Below, in pieces: positions 48,125 to 58,039 of a stretch of 64,000 nt of DNA. The stretch is from Candidatus Hadarchaeota archaeon (lineage in GTDB: Archaea > Hadarchaeota > Hadarchaeia > Hadarchaeales > JAWBSP01): contig CAYYWO010000004.1 of NCBI GenBank assembly GCA_964474885.1, positions 12,923 through 76,922 on the forward strand. The letters are read 5' to 3'. The position numbers and the translations under genes are program-made. The number at the start of each line of letters is the position of its first letter. Position 1 is the stretch's first letter. The notes under the pieces were generated by a model. That model saw nothing but the letters and a program-made list of their open reading frames with translations. It had not been told where the DNA came from and made no database searches.

Positions 48125-49270
48125 TTATAAATGTTTCACCATCTTGGGTAGCCACCCCTGCTCTTGGTACCACTCGACCGTTTTCTTCAGGCCTTCTCGG
48201 AAGTCCGGCCACATGCACTCGAAACCTGTCGCCTTCAAGGCAGAAGTGTCGTAGGCCTTGTGTCCCGCGGGTATCCACTTCCAAGTGGAAAGCTTCACTG
48301 CACCGTACGAAAATAACCAATCCAAGTCTATTCTGGGACGCAGAACGTTCTTTATCCCGTACTTCTTCACAATGTTATCCCACTTTTGCTGGACAATCTT
48401 GTTTATCAAACGAATTCCAAAGATGATGGAATTCTCGAGGACAGGTGCTAGAGGTGCTGTCATAGGTATCAGAATTCGCACAAGCTTTTGATAAAGCGGG
48501 AGAGGCACTCCCTTCTCTACCCCCAATACATCAGCAAGTGCATCAAACATCTCCGTCAAGGTCACCGGCCGATCGTCTGCAACGTTGAAAGCTCTCCCAA
48601 CGGTGTCCGGTCTCTTGGCGAGGTGAATAGCTGCCCTTGCTACATCGTCCGCATGCACATGATGAGTCAGCATGTCCCCCACCACCCTAAAGGGAGCCTT
48701 CTTAGTCTCCCAGTAGCCAGCAACAATCGCAGAGAGAAAGAGACCAACACCATACTTGCTTCCGGGACCGTACACGAGTGTTGGTCTGATGGCCCTAACC
48801 GAGAGCCCTTTTTTGGCATAGCTCATTGCCACCTGCTCCCCCATCCACTTGGTTTTCTCGTAGTTGTTGGTGGGATTCTTAGGGTGATTCTCATCCATAG
48901 GGATGTATACAGTCCTGCCGTAGACACCAACCGTGCTCCAGTGAACGAACGATTCGACTTCCGCCTGAAGTGCGGCCTCGCACACGTTGCGAGTGGCCAC
49001 AACATTCGCGTTGTACAGAACATCATAGGGCAGGCTGAAATCAAAGAGACCTGCTACGTGAAACACCCAATCGATGTCTTTGAATAGGTTCGGCACCTCT
49101 TTCCTGTCCAGCAGATCCACTTTCATTACCTCGGCTCCTTCTTTTTCTGCCCACTCCAAGTTTGCACGCGGGAGATCAGTAGCCCTCACCTGATATCCTT
49201 CCTTGAGCAACCAACGAACTACATGCGAACCTATGAATCCTCCGGCACCCGTGACCAAACAGCGCTTCAT
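48125..49270 (-). CDS. NAD-dependent epimerase/dehydratase (extended SDR), paralog 1
   Basis: CLVTGAGGFIGSHVV Rossmann motif. ATG at 49270 overlaps the AOR stop (ATGA). Confidence 0.8.
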   Translation of the reverse strand: MKRCLVTGAGGFIGSHVVRWLLKEGYQVRATDLPRANLEWAEKEGAEVMKVDLLDRKEVPNLFKDIDWVFHVAGLFDFSLPYDVLYNANVVATRNVCEAALQAEVESFVHWSTVGVYGRTVYIPMDENHPKNPTNNYEKTKWMGEQVAMSYAKKGLSVRAIRPTLVYGPGSKYGVGLFLSAIVAGYWETKKAPFRVVGDMLTHHVHADDVARAAIHLAKRPDTVGRAFNVADDRPVTLTEMFDALADVLGVEKGVPLPLYQKLVRILIPMTAPLAPVLENSIIFGIRLINKIVQQKWDNIVKKYGIKNVLRPRIDLDWLFSYGAVKLSTWKWIPAGHKAYDTSALKATGFECMWPDFREGLKKTVEWYQEQGWLPKMVKHL

Positions 49271-51225
49271 TTCCGATAAAGCTGCTTCCTCACCTCTTCC
49301 AGATCGAGCTCTCTTAGCTTCTCCTCCATAGGAATCCCACAGACGGGATCCCAACCCAGCTCCTCATAAAACGCATACTGTGCCTCTACTAAGTTGCACC
49401 CCTGGGCCGCCCTCTTGCTCACCCTGAAGTCTTCCGGTCTTATGCCCTCCCTGTAATTGAAGGCCTGCATGAGAGTTAAAATACGCTGTCCTACGCGGTG
49501 GAAGTCTACTATCCCGAGGTCCCAACCGGTCGCCGCATTAATGTAATCAAGAACCTTCAGCCTCGCCCCAGCCGTGAGCGGGCCAAAAAGACAGAAGCCC
49601 GCGGCAGACATGGCATGGAAGTAGACGGATGCATGAGCCGCCCTCTTGCCGTGGAACTCCCAGTTGCTGAACCTCCAAGATTTCGGGTAAAACGGAGGCG
49701 CTGGTTCGACGCCGAAGATCTTGTGCAACTCCTCTAGGTCGATGAAGGTCATTGAGTGCAAATGCTTGCCTGGCACGGGTTCTGATTGATAGGAGATGCC
49801 ATATCCTGGATCTTGTCGTGGATCGTGCATGGCGAGTTCCACCCCTCCCGCATGAACTGCGAATTCTTTGGAGCCAGGTATTTTCTCCGAGGCCCTTTTC
49901 ACACCGTCTGCCAACAGATCACCGATACCTTCTCTCTTTATTATTTTGTCCAGTAGCATCAAGTGAGCCTCACCATCTCCCCAGTTCAGGGGGAAACCGA
50001 TGTCCTCTGCCTTGAGCAGACCTTTTTCATAGCACTCACATGCAAAAGCCACGACAGATCCTGCCGAAATCCCGTCCAAACCTGCCCGGTTACACATGTC
50101 TATGGCTTTCAGAACTGTATCAAGATCTGAGTTCAAACAGTTAGAACCAAAAGAGGCCAAGCATTCGTACTCAACCTTCACCTCCTCCAGCTGGAATCTG
50201 CCACCTTTTGCCACCAAGCTGGTACAACCCAAGGGGCATGACTCGCAAGCGTGCCTTTTCGTCCTTAATTCGAGGATTTTTTCATCCGACAGTTCCATCG
50301 CTTGTTTGGTTGAAAAGTCCGCTTGGCTCCCTGCCCAGTTCTTGATGGCCGAATCCTGAGAGGTCATCGACCAGCCGGCAAAACCGGGTGTACCATATCT
50401 CATCATAATAAGCTGGAAAAAGATAGGCTGCAAACGTACCATAAACTTACTTTGCAGGGTCAGTCTTCCAAGTATACTGGTCATTCTCCCCCACCTGCTT
50501 TTAAGCCTGTCCTCGGCCGCGAGTTTTGCGAAGGGGGACCTGTACCACTCCAAGAACTCCTTGTTCAGCTGCATGATCTTTTCCCTGGACGCAACCTCTA
50601 TTTTTCCTGTTCCAAGGACCGCTACCGCTTTTAGCTTCTTGCTCCCCATCACTGCTCCCATCCCTGTACGAGCAGCTATCCTGTGACGCTCGCTAACTAT
50701 GCCCGAGATCATGGACAAATTTTCCCCTGCCTGTCCTATGCAAGCCACCTTGACCCTCGGGTTGTTTGTTTCGGTCTTTATGATCTGGTCCGTCTCGTAT
50801 GTATCCTTCCCCCACAGGTGCGATGCATCACGCAGCTCTGCCTTGCCATCCTCTACGTAAAGGTAAACGGGCTTCTCCGACTTGCCCACGAAGAATATCG
50901 CATCGTAACCTGCCCTTTTAAGTTCCGGGCCGAAACTTCCCCCAGCGTTTGCCATCCCAAACCCGCCGGTAACCGGAGATTTGGCAGCAACCATGTACCT
51001 CCCGCTGAACCAGGCCCCAGTTCCATTTAGCAAGCCAGAAGCAAAGCACAGTATATTCCTCTCGCCGAGCGGATCAATCTTTGGCTTAAGGTTCTCAAAG
51101 AGAAACTTGGCGGCAAGCCCGTACCCACCAAAAACCTGCTGGTATACTTTTTCCTCTACCTCCCGCTCTTTAATCTTTCCGGTGCTCAGATCCACCCAAA
51201 GTACCTTACCTCTAAAGGGTGGCAT
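49267..51225 (-). CDS. aldehyde:ferredoxin oxidoreductase family (tungstopterin) enzyme
   Basis: AOR N-terminal domain (KVLWVDLSTGKI...GGYGLAAKFLF...GTGAWFSGRYMVAAKSPVTGG); 652 aa. Confidence 0.85.
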   Translation of the reverse strand: MPPFRGKVLWVDLSTGKIKEREVEEKVYQQVFGGYGLAAKFLFENLKPKIDPLGERNILCFASGLLNGTGAWFSGRYMVAAKSPVTGGFGMANAGGSFGPELKRAGYDAIFFVGKSEKPVYLYVEDGKAELRDASHLWGKDTYETDQIIKTETNNPRVKVACIGQAGENLSMISGIVSERHRIAARTGMGAVMGSKKLKAVAVLGTGKIEVASREKIMQLNKEFLEWYRSPFAKLAAEDRLKSRWGRMTSILGRLTLQSKFMVRLQPIFFQLIMMRYGTPGFAGWSMTSQDSAIKNWAGSQADFSTKQAMELSDEKILELRTKRHACESCPLGCTSLVAKGGRFQLEEVKVEYECLASFGSNCLNSDLDTVLKAIDMCNRAGLDGISAGSVVAFACECYEKGLLKAEDIGFPLNWGDGEAHLMLLDKIIKREGIGDLLADGVKRASEKIPGSKEFAVHAGGVELAMHDPRQDPGYGISYQSEPVPGKHLHSMTFIDLEELHKIFGVEPAPPFYPKSWRFSNWEFHGKRAAHASVYFHAMSAAGFCLFGPLTAGARLKVLDYINAATGWDLGIVDFHRVGQRILTLMQAFNYREGIRPEDFRVSKRAAQGCNLVEAQYAFYEELGWDPVCGIPMEEKLRELDLEEVRKQLYRK

Positions 51226-51924
51226 CTATACTACTTTGTAGGGTTTTGTGTCTTTATAGTATTCCCATTTGTCCCAGCGCTCCTTGGCTTCCCTTATCTT
51301 CGTCTCCATGTCCTGGACTATTCTGACCTCACCCTTTCTGAGCTTTTCAGCGAATCTCTCAGCTTCTTCCTTCCTCTTGCAGAAGTACAAAATTTTCCCA
51401 TCCTTAACAACTTTGAAGTTCAGCGGCTGAGCAAACCACTCCTGATATTTCTCCCTTTCCTCAGGCGTGACCTTCTCGATCTTCACCCTCGCTGCCTCCT
51501 CTGGCGAAAGGGGATCGGCTATTTTTAGTGGTTCCTCCTCCTGCCAGCCTGCAAAAGGCTCTGTCTTGTCATCGATCGTGAGGGCCCATACTAGTCCCCC
51601 ATGTCTAGGTGTCCGCCCAAAAAGGACAAAATACCAGCTTCCACCGTACCAGAACCAGAAAGGATAGGAAAGAACATAGAGAAGACCCAGCCAGAAGGGT
51701 ACAGAGGCACAAGGGAGCTTCCACCAGAAAGAAAACCCTGCAAGATTCGCTAGGAGCACATTGATCCATGCCAAGGCTGTCACAATTTCCAAGATGATAA
51801 TAAAGGTATCTGGATTCTTTTTGTGGAGTCTCTTGGAAGGTGCTGCTAAAAGAAGGCCAAGAACCCACAACAACAAGGCGTCCAAAGAACCGACTATCAT
51901 AGTTTCCCCTGCCTCTTGCACCAA
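51226..51924 (-). CDS. hypothetical protein (N-terminal membrane helices, charged C-terminal domain)
   Basis: 232 aa; abuts the AOR start. Confidence 0.5.
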   Translation of the reverse strand: MVQEAGETMIVGSLDALLLWVLGLLLAAPSKRLHKKNPDTFIIILEIVTALAWINVLLANLAGFSFWWKLPCASVPFWLGLLYVLSYPFWFWYGGSWYFVLFGRTPRHGGLVWALTIDDKTEPFAGWQEEEPLKIADPLSPEEAARVKIEKVTPEEREKYQEWFAQPLNFKVVKDGKILYFCKRKEEAERFAEKLRKGEVRIVQDMETKIREAKERWDKWEYYKDTKPYKVV

Positions 51925-52976
51925 ACGTAGTAATCCAACAACCCCTCCCTTGGATCCTCAAATTTGAACTTGTAACCTATGCTCTTCAGTTTCTCATTCG
52001 AAAACCAATATTGGTGAGTTATGTACTGGAGCTCTGGGACATCAAATTTTGGTCTTTTGCCCTTTTTTCTAGCACGATTGTCGAGAAATCTCCCTACCCT
52101 GATCACGAATGAAGAAGCAAGCTTATACAGAGAAAAGGGCACAGGTATTCTATATATCGGGCTGCAGTAGGCGAGATGCGAAATAAATTCAGAGAACTCC
52201 GATTGGGTGATACAGTTTGAAAGCACGTTGAACACCTCGCCTATGGTATCATCCCGTTCAGCCACATATATAGCCGCTTCACACAGATCCCTGACATGAA
52301 CACATGGATACATGAGCTGCTTGGAGCGGGGATAAATTCTAACCACTCCTCCGACACCAAATTTTCTGGGAGCCAACAGTGTCTTGTATACGCCATACGT
52401 GTGTCGGGGCCCGTAAATAGGGGCTGGACGCAGAACCGTGAGAGGAAGCCCCTTCTCCCTGTAATACTTCCAGAGCAACCTTTCCTGCTCGACTTTTGAG
52501 CGTGAATAATTGTTCGGTGGATCATAAGGTGCGTTTTCGTCCCCAGGTAGATAAGGTGTTTCACCGTACACACCATCGGTTGACCAGTGCACCCAATGCC
52601 TTACTTTCACACCGGACTCCAGCCAGGCCTCTACCAGATTCTTATGTCCCTCTACGTTGACCTTGTAGAGCAGTTCCCAAGGAGCAAAATAGTCGTAAAG
52701 AGAAGCTATGCTAAAAACGGCATCGTAGTCTCTCGTGAATAGGGATTTCAAAGTTTCCCGCTTGGTTAAGTCAGCGGGTATGAACTCTGCCTTCGTTTGC
52801 TTTATGATGTCTGAGAAGTAGACGGGATGAAAGGCACCCTTCTCAACATAGAACACCTTCCTGTCCGCCTGAGGCAGATCCGTGGCAACAATCTCCCAGC
52901 CTTTCTCATGTAAGATTTCTAACATGTTACTACCTGTAAAACCGCATGCTCCCGTTACTAAGGCTATCTTCCCCAT
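51897..52976 (-). CDS. NAD-dependent epimerase/dehydratase (extended SDR), paralog 2
   Basis: MGKIALVTGACGFTGSNML; conserved HWSTDGVYG, matching paralog 1's HWSTVGVYG. Confidence 0.8.
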   Translation of the reverse strand: MGKIALVTGACGFTGSNMLEILHEKGWEIVATDLPQADRKVFYVEKGAFHPVYFSDIIKQTKAEFIPADLTKRETLKSLFTRDYDAVFSIASLYDYFAPWELLYKVNVEGHKNLVEAWLESGVKVRHWVHWSTDGVYGETPYLPGDENAPYDPPNNYSRSKVEQERLLWKYYREKGLPLTVLRPAPIYGPRHTYGVYKTLLAPRKFGVGGVVRIYPRSKQLMYPCVHVRDLCEAAIYVAERDDTIGEVFNVLSNCITQSEFSEFISHLAYCSPIYRIPVPFSLYKLASSFVIRVGRFLDNRARKKGKRPKFDVPELQYITHQYWFSNEKLKSIGYKFKFEDPREGLLDYYVWCKRQGKL

Positions 52977-53004
52977 TCGTTGTAAAACATGGTTAAATAT
53001 AACC

Positions 53005-54261
53005 TTACCTACCGACTGCAGCCCGATAAATCCCGAGGGTTTCGCGAGCAGCCCGGTCGATCGTGAATCTCTCGAGAACCCTCTCCCTAGCATTCTCCCC
53101 AAGCTTCTTCCTCAAACTCTCGTCCTTCAGCAGCTCGATGACAAAAGTCGCGATGTCCACCGGGTTGTCAGGATCGATGTGGGAGCCGCACCTCTTGGCG
53201 TGGGGGAAATCTGTGGGGACGACCTGCTCCCTCAGCCCCGACACGCCCTTCGCCCCCACCACCACGGGCTTGCCCATCGCCATCGCCTCGGTGCACACGA
53301 TCCCGAAGGGCTCATACCTAGATGGGAACACGGCGACATCACAGGCCGCGTAGTGCAGGATTCGCTCCTCCTCGGGGACGTATTTGAACTCGAAGATCAC
53401 ACTTTTGTCCACTCCCAGCCTCCTTGCCATATCCGGCAGGCTGGCCTCCTGCTCGCCTTTCCCCAATATCACGAGCTTCGCGTCGGGGACCTCCTTCAGG
53501 ATATACGGCATCGCTCTAACAAGCGAATCCGCCCCCTTCACCCAGCTTAGCCTGCCCACGAAGAGGATCATGGGAGATCCGTTCACCCCTATCTTCCTTC
53601 TGAACTCCTCTACCTCTGCCTTGCCAATTCTCTTCGGGTCGTACTTCTTCTCATCTACACCGTTGTAAACCACTCGTATCTTTCCCTCCTCAAAACCCAA
53701 GCTCACAAGCTCGTCCCTCATGGCATAGCTGACTGTTACGATGATGTCCGCCGCCTTCCCCGCTAGCTTCTCGATCTCTCTTATTGTGGGGGACCCTCTG
53801 CCGCCCGATCTTCCATGTTCAGTTGAGTGGAAGTGGACGACCAGAGGCAGCTTCAGGTGCTTCTTGAGCACAATCCCCGCCATCGAGGCAAGCCAGTCAT
53901 GGGCCACGATCAGGTCGAACTTCCTCCCCTCCCGTGCGACCAGCTGGTTCACTACCTTCGTGCTCGTCAGGATGTTGTACATGAGGGTCTCGGCGAAGAA
54001 CTCCTGCGCGGCTGGGGGCCACATCTTGACGTCCTGCGGTATCATGGCGGGCAGGACCTCAGTCGCATCGACCGTCTGCGGTCTGTGAACCTCCACCCCT
54101 TGGTACAGGTCCCTCGTAACCGCCTGATTGTTGGGGTTTCTCGAGAAAACCACTACATTCTCACCTTCCCTGACGAACCTGCGGGTCATCTCAATCGCAT
54201 ACGTACCGAGGCCACCTCTGAAATAAGGGGGGAACTCGTCGCACAGGTACAGAATGTTCAT
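53005..54261 (-). CDS. glycosyltransferase family 4 (GT-B)
   Basis: MNILYLCDEFPPYFRGGLGTY N-terminus and C-terminal EPFGIVCTEAMAMGKPVV motif. Confidence 0.85.
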   Translation of the reverse strand: MNILYLCDEFPPYFRGGLGTYAIEMTRRFVREGENVVVFSRNPNNQAVTRDLYQGVEVHRPQTVDATEVLPAMIPQDVKMWPPAAQEFFAETLMYNILTSTKVVNQLVAREGRKFDLIVAHDWLASMAGIVLKKHLKLPLVVHFHSTEHGRSGGRGSPTIREIEKLAGKAADIIVTVSYAMRDELVSLGFEEGKIRVVYNGVDEKKYDPKRIGKAEVEEFRRKIGVNGSPMILFVGRLSWVKGADSLVRAMPYILKEVPDAKLVILGKGEQEASLPDMARRLGVDKSVIFEFKYVPEEERILHYAACDVAVFPSRYEPFGIVCTEAMAMGKPVVVGAKGVSGLREQVVPTDFPHAKRCGSHIDPDNPVDIATFVIELLKDESLRKKLGENARERVLERFTIDRAARETLGIYRAAVGR

Positions 54262-54306
54262 TTCTTCTTAATCTACCACAAATTTAGAGGTAACAAAAGG
54301 GAGAGG

Positions 54307-55572
54307 ATGGAGGAAAAAACGATTCACGATCCCGTTCATGGAAGCATCAGGCTGGACTCGCTCGCCTCCGATCTCCTCGAGACGGCTGAGATCCAGAGGC
54401 TGAGGGGGATAAGACAGCTGGGGCTCGCCAATCTCGTTTTCCCTGGGGCTAACCACACGAGGTTTGAACATTCTCTGGGGGTCATGCACCTGGCCAATCA
54501 ATTTGCATCTGATCTGGGACTGACCGAGCACCAGGCCAGGCTCCTCCGAGCTGCTGCCCTCTTGCATGATGTGGGACATCCCCCTTTCTCCCACACGCTA
54601 GAACTGCAGATGGTAGAGTACACAGGCATGAATCACGAACAGATGGCAGCAAAGATCATCAGAAAAGGTGTGGAAGGAAATTCTGCATGTGCCCGAGTTC
54701 TCCAAAAGCATGGGCTTGACCCTAGCGAGATCTGTGAACTTATCCAAGGGAAGCACAAGGACCCAGTCCTCAACCAGCTCCTCCATGGGGAAATCGACGT
54801 TGACCAAATGGACTACTTGCTGAGGGATGCCCACTTCACAGGCGTCGCCCTTGGGATGATCGATTTGCCACGCCTCAGGAGAATAATGCAAATCAGACGG
54901 GGGAAGTTGGTCATCAAGGAGAGTGGTATAGAGGCTGTCGAGGGATTCCTAACCGCCAGGAGTCTGATGTTCTCCTCCGTTTATTTCCACCGGACAGTCA
55001 GGATAGCGGAGCTGATGCTCGCCAGGGCTGTTGAAATGCTCTTGGAAAAAGGTCTGGAGCCCTTCCTGCTCTCGGACTGGCAGCTGTTATCAACCCTAGA
55101 GGCTATGGGAGGGTTCCCAGCAGAGATCGTCAGAAGGCTCTCATGTCGGAGGCTCTATATCCCTGTTTACTTCGTGGGGAGAAAGCTCGTAAAAGAGAAA
55201 GATGTTATAAGGCTGAAAAGGAAGCTCGGTAGCTGGAGGAAGCTCCGCACTTTGGAGGATGAGATTTGCGATAGGGCGCGAGTACCTAGGGGAAGAGTCA
55301 TAATCGACATACCTCTGCTCGAACTTGAGGTTTCAGAGTCCAGAATAAAGAGAACCGGTATAATGGTCGCTGTGGGTTCCTCCTCCGTCCCCCTCCACCG
55401 CTTTTCTCCCCTAGCTTCCATTATCCAAGAAAAACTCCCCTCGAGGTACTTACTGCAGGTGGCCACCCTCCCAGAATACAGGAGAAAAGTGAGAAAAGTC
55501 GTGGAGGAAGAGTTAGGCTGGGTGAGCGAGAACTCTTCTGCCGCTGGCCGTAAGGCGCAGGGTACCGTCTAG
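54307..55572 (+). CDS. HD superfamily phosphohydrolase (COG1078-like)
   Basis: MEEKTIHDPVHGSIRL...RFEHSLGVMHLA...LLHDVGHPPFSH. The ORF-track start at 53827 is an antisense extension across the GT4 gene. Confidence 0.75.
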   Translation: MEEKTIHDPVHGSIRLDSLASDLLETAEIQRLRGIRQLGLANLVFPGANHTRFEHSLGVMHLANQFASDLGLTEHQARLLRAAALLHDVGHPPFSHTLELQMVEYTGMNHEQMAAKIIRKGVEGNSACARVLQKHGLDPSEICELIQGKHKDPVLNQLLHGEIDVDQMDYLLRDAHFTGVALGMIDLPRLRRIMQIRRGKLVIKESGIEAVEGFLTARSLMFSSVYFHRTVRIAELMLARAVEMLLEKGLEPFLLSDWQLLSTLEAMGGFPAEIVRRLSCRRLYIPVYFVGRKLVKEKDVIRLKRKLGSWRKLRTLEDEICDRARVPRGRVIIDIPLLELEVSESRIKRTGIMVAVGSSSVPLHRFSPLASIIQEKLPSRYLLQVATLPEYRRKVRKVVEEELGWVSENSSAAGRKAQGTV

Positions 55573-56079
55573 GTACCCCATGAGCTGGAGCCTCCTGATC
55601 TGAGTCTTAATGACTCCCAGGGGGGCATCCGTGCTGATGGGTAGATCCTCTATCTTCGCGCCCGCGTCGAGCTCCTTCAGGATCATCCTACCGAGCTCAC
55701 CCACGAGGATGGCATCTGCAAGCCCCTGCTTGGTCAGCATGCTGATCGAGGGATATGCTCCAAAAATCTTGCGGAGCATGACGGGACCCAAGTCGCACTT
55801 ATATTTCTTCTTCAGCATGGCCTCGCAAATCCCGGAGCCGGCTATTGCCGTCCGGAGGATCTCCAGCTCCCTGACGAATTCTGAGACCTGCCTCTCGCTC
55901 ATCCTTCCCTTTCTGGCTAGGTTCTCGGTCAGCATCTCGTTCATCTCGCTGAGGGCCCTCACCTCCTCCTCCAGCTCCTTCTCCCGCCTACCCGAGTTCC
56001 TCGCCTTCAGGCTCCTCTCAGCCGCTAGGAAGGCGAAGAACAGCATGCCCGCCGCTAGGCCAAGGGATAAAACGTCCAT
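55513..56079 (-). CDS. hypothetical protein (N-terminal TM + coiled coil)
   Basis: 188 aa. The alternative plus-strand ORF 55610-56095 is Ser-rich junk. Confidence 0.5.
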   Translation of the reverse strand: MDVLSLGLAAGMLFFAFLAAERSLKARNSGRREKELEEEVRALSEMNEMLTENLARKGRMSERQVSEFVRELEILRTAIAGSGICEAMLKKKYKCDLGPVMLRKIFGAYPSISMLTKQGLADAILVGELGRMILKELDAGAKIEDLPISTDAPLGVIKTQIRRLQLMGYLDGTLRLTASGRRVLAHPA

Positions 56080-56113
56080 CCTTTTTTCAGAGTAAAATAA
56101 AAAGAGATAGAGG

Positions 56114-56191
56114 GCGGCAGTAGTCTAGCCTGGTCTAGGACACAGGCTTGCCGAGCCTGTAGCGCGGGTTCAAATCCCGCCTGCCGCACCA
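56114..56191 (+). tRNA. tRNA-Gly (GCC), CCA encoded
   Basis: GCGGCAGTAGTCTAGCCTGGTCTAGGACACAGGCTTGCCGAGCCTGTAGCGCGGGTTCAAATCCCGCCTGCCGCACCA. Anticodon loop TTGCCGA, T-loop TTCAAAT. Confidence 0.85.
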
Positions 56192-56262
56192 TTTCAAATC
56201 AATTTTCACCTTTTCCTTAGCAGTCCATGCCTCTTATGTGAAAAGTCAATTCCGAAAGTTTC

Positions 56263-57102
56263 CTACTCCCAGCGTACCAGAATTTCCTCCCGCCCGAACC
56301 GCGCCCTACCGAGCGCTAAAAGCCCCGCACTCAAGCACAGCAGGGACGCACCGAAAGCCACCATCGAGAGCCAGTTCAATCTAACGATGCCTGTAGCGAA
56401 GAGGAAATAAAAGACCATTATGGGCACGATGCTAAGCGCCCCCAGTTGCATGGCAGCACGCACATCACTCACCCTGGCCGAGATCACGACGCAGAAGGAG
56501 GCCGCCGCCAGAGCCACCAGCGGACAGAAAACCAGCAGGATTACAAGCGAGATCAGGTCGGGGAGGAGCAGGTACCCGAAGAGGGGAAACGTGAGTATAT
56601 CGATGATCGCCACAAAGCCTGCAAAGGAAACAAGGGTTGCAAGCATCGCTGGAACAAAGGCCCCCATGAGTTTGCCCACAAGCAGTTCGGTATCGGTGGT
56701 GGGTGTCGCAAGCAGAGGTTCGAGTTGCCGGCTAACTTTCTCCCCGACGAACGTGTAAGAGGAGATGACCGTGGGAATAGCGGCCGGCAGAATCATGAAT
56801 GTGATCAGCAACATTTGAACCGTGCCTAACACCACGGCCTGCTTGGGCTCCAGTCCTGACACAGCAAAGGGGGGCAAATTGTTCTCGGTTGTCTGTCCAC
56901 CAGCAAGCGTTGGGTAGAGGGCGCAAAGGGGAATCAAAACTGCAAAGATGAGGGGGGCTCCCATCAGACTGCCCAGCACGTAACGGTGTTTAAACGCACT
57001 CTCCATGTCCTTGCGCGCGATGATCCAAATCCGGTCTCCCCTCATTTCGACCCCACCACCCTGAGATATGCTTCCTCCAAGGAACTCGCTTGCTTCATCC
57101 AC
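56263..57102 (-). CDS. ABC-2 type transporter permease
   Basis: 279 aa, 6 predicted TM; overlaps the upstream ATPase gene (coupled). Confidence 0.7.
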   Translation of the reverse strand: MDEASEFLGGSISQGGGVEMRGDRIWIIARKDMESAFKHRYVLGSLMGAPLIFAVLIPLCALYPTLAGGQTTENNLPPFAVSGLEPKQAVVLGTVQMLLITFMILPAAIPTVISSYTFVGEKVSRQLEPLLATPTTDTELLVGKLMGAFVPAMLATLVSFAGFVAIIDILTFPLFGYLLLPDLISLVILLVFCPLVALAAASFCVVISARVSDVRAAMQLGALSIVPIMVFYFLFATGIVRLNWLSMVAFGASLLCLSAGLLALGRARFGREEILVRWE

Positions 57103-57968
57103 ACGATTTCTCCACCAGCCCTCACAATAGCACTCGCTATCCGAGGATTCACCTCATCCCAGTTGTCAACCTCTACCATGAGCGTCTTCCCCTTCCGCTG
57201 TACACCTTGCACCCCGCTGATTCGTCTCACGGCCCGCAAAATACTTTCAGTTATGCTTCTCAACTGGATTTCCACTCTCTGAGCACCGAACTTCTGTCCG
57301 AGTTCGGCGGGAGAACCGACCGCGAGAAGGGCCGTCTTCAAGATCGCGACGCGATCGCAGAGCTGCTCGGCCTCGTGCAGGTTGTGAGTGCATAGAAAAA
57401 TAGTCCGCCCCCTTCTCCTCAGCTTTCTGATGAACTCACGCACCACCTTGGCGGACTCGGGGGCGAGAGAAGCCGTTGGTTCGTCCAAGAACAGAATTTC
57501 CGGATCGTGCACGAGCGCCCTCGCAATAGCCACCTTCTGTTGCATTCCCTTGGAGAACCTGCCCACGGGCTGGTTCCGCTGCTCCCATATGCCCAAGAGT
57601 TCGAGCAACTCCCGGATTCTTTTCTTTCGCTCGCTGACCGGTACACCATAAAGCCTGGCGTAAAAGTCGAGCGTGTAATATGTGCTGAGTTCTGGGTAGA
57701 GTCCCGGATTCTCAGACAAAAGCCCGACCACTTCGCGGATCCTAAGTGCGTCTTGGACGATGTCATAACCAGCAACAAGTGCGGTTCCGGATGATGGACG
57801 TATCAGGCAACTCAGCATGCGAACGGTGGTGGTCTTTCCAGCACCGTTGGGACCGAGGAGAGCGAAGACTTCCCCTCGCCGGATTTTAAGCGAGAGATCA
57901 CGAACGGCCACCGTGCTGCCAAATTTCCTAGTGAGAGCACATGTCTCGATCGCGGGCTGTGCCATCAT
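57042..57968 (-). CDS. ABC transporter ATP-binding protein
   Basis: Walker A GPNGAGKTT; signature/Walker B region FSKGMQQKVAIARALVHDPEILFLDEPT. Confidence 0.85.
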   Translation of the reverse strand: MMAQPAIETCALTRKFGSTVAVRDLSLKIRRGEVFALLGPNGAGKTTTVRMLSCLIRPSSGTALVAGYDIVQDALRIREVVGLLSENPGLYPELSTYYTLDFYARLYGVPVSERKKRIRELLELLGIWEQRNQPVGRFSKGMQQKVAIARALVHDPEILFLDEPTASLAPESAKVVREFIRKLRRRGRTIFLCTHNLHEAEQLCDRVAILKTALLAVGSPAELGQKFGAQRVEIQLRSITESILRAVRRISGVQGVQRKGKTLMVEVDNWDEVNPRIASAIVRAGGEIVWMKQASSLEEAYLRVVGSK

Positions 57969-58039
57969 ATATGGGTCGTAAGAATGCAGAACATTCTGGT
58001 AATGAATTGCCCCATTTTTTGTAGAAGCTCGACCATAGG

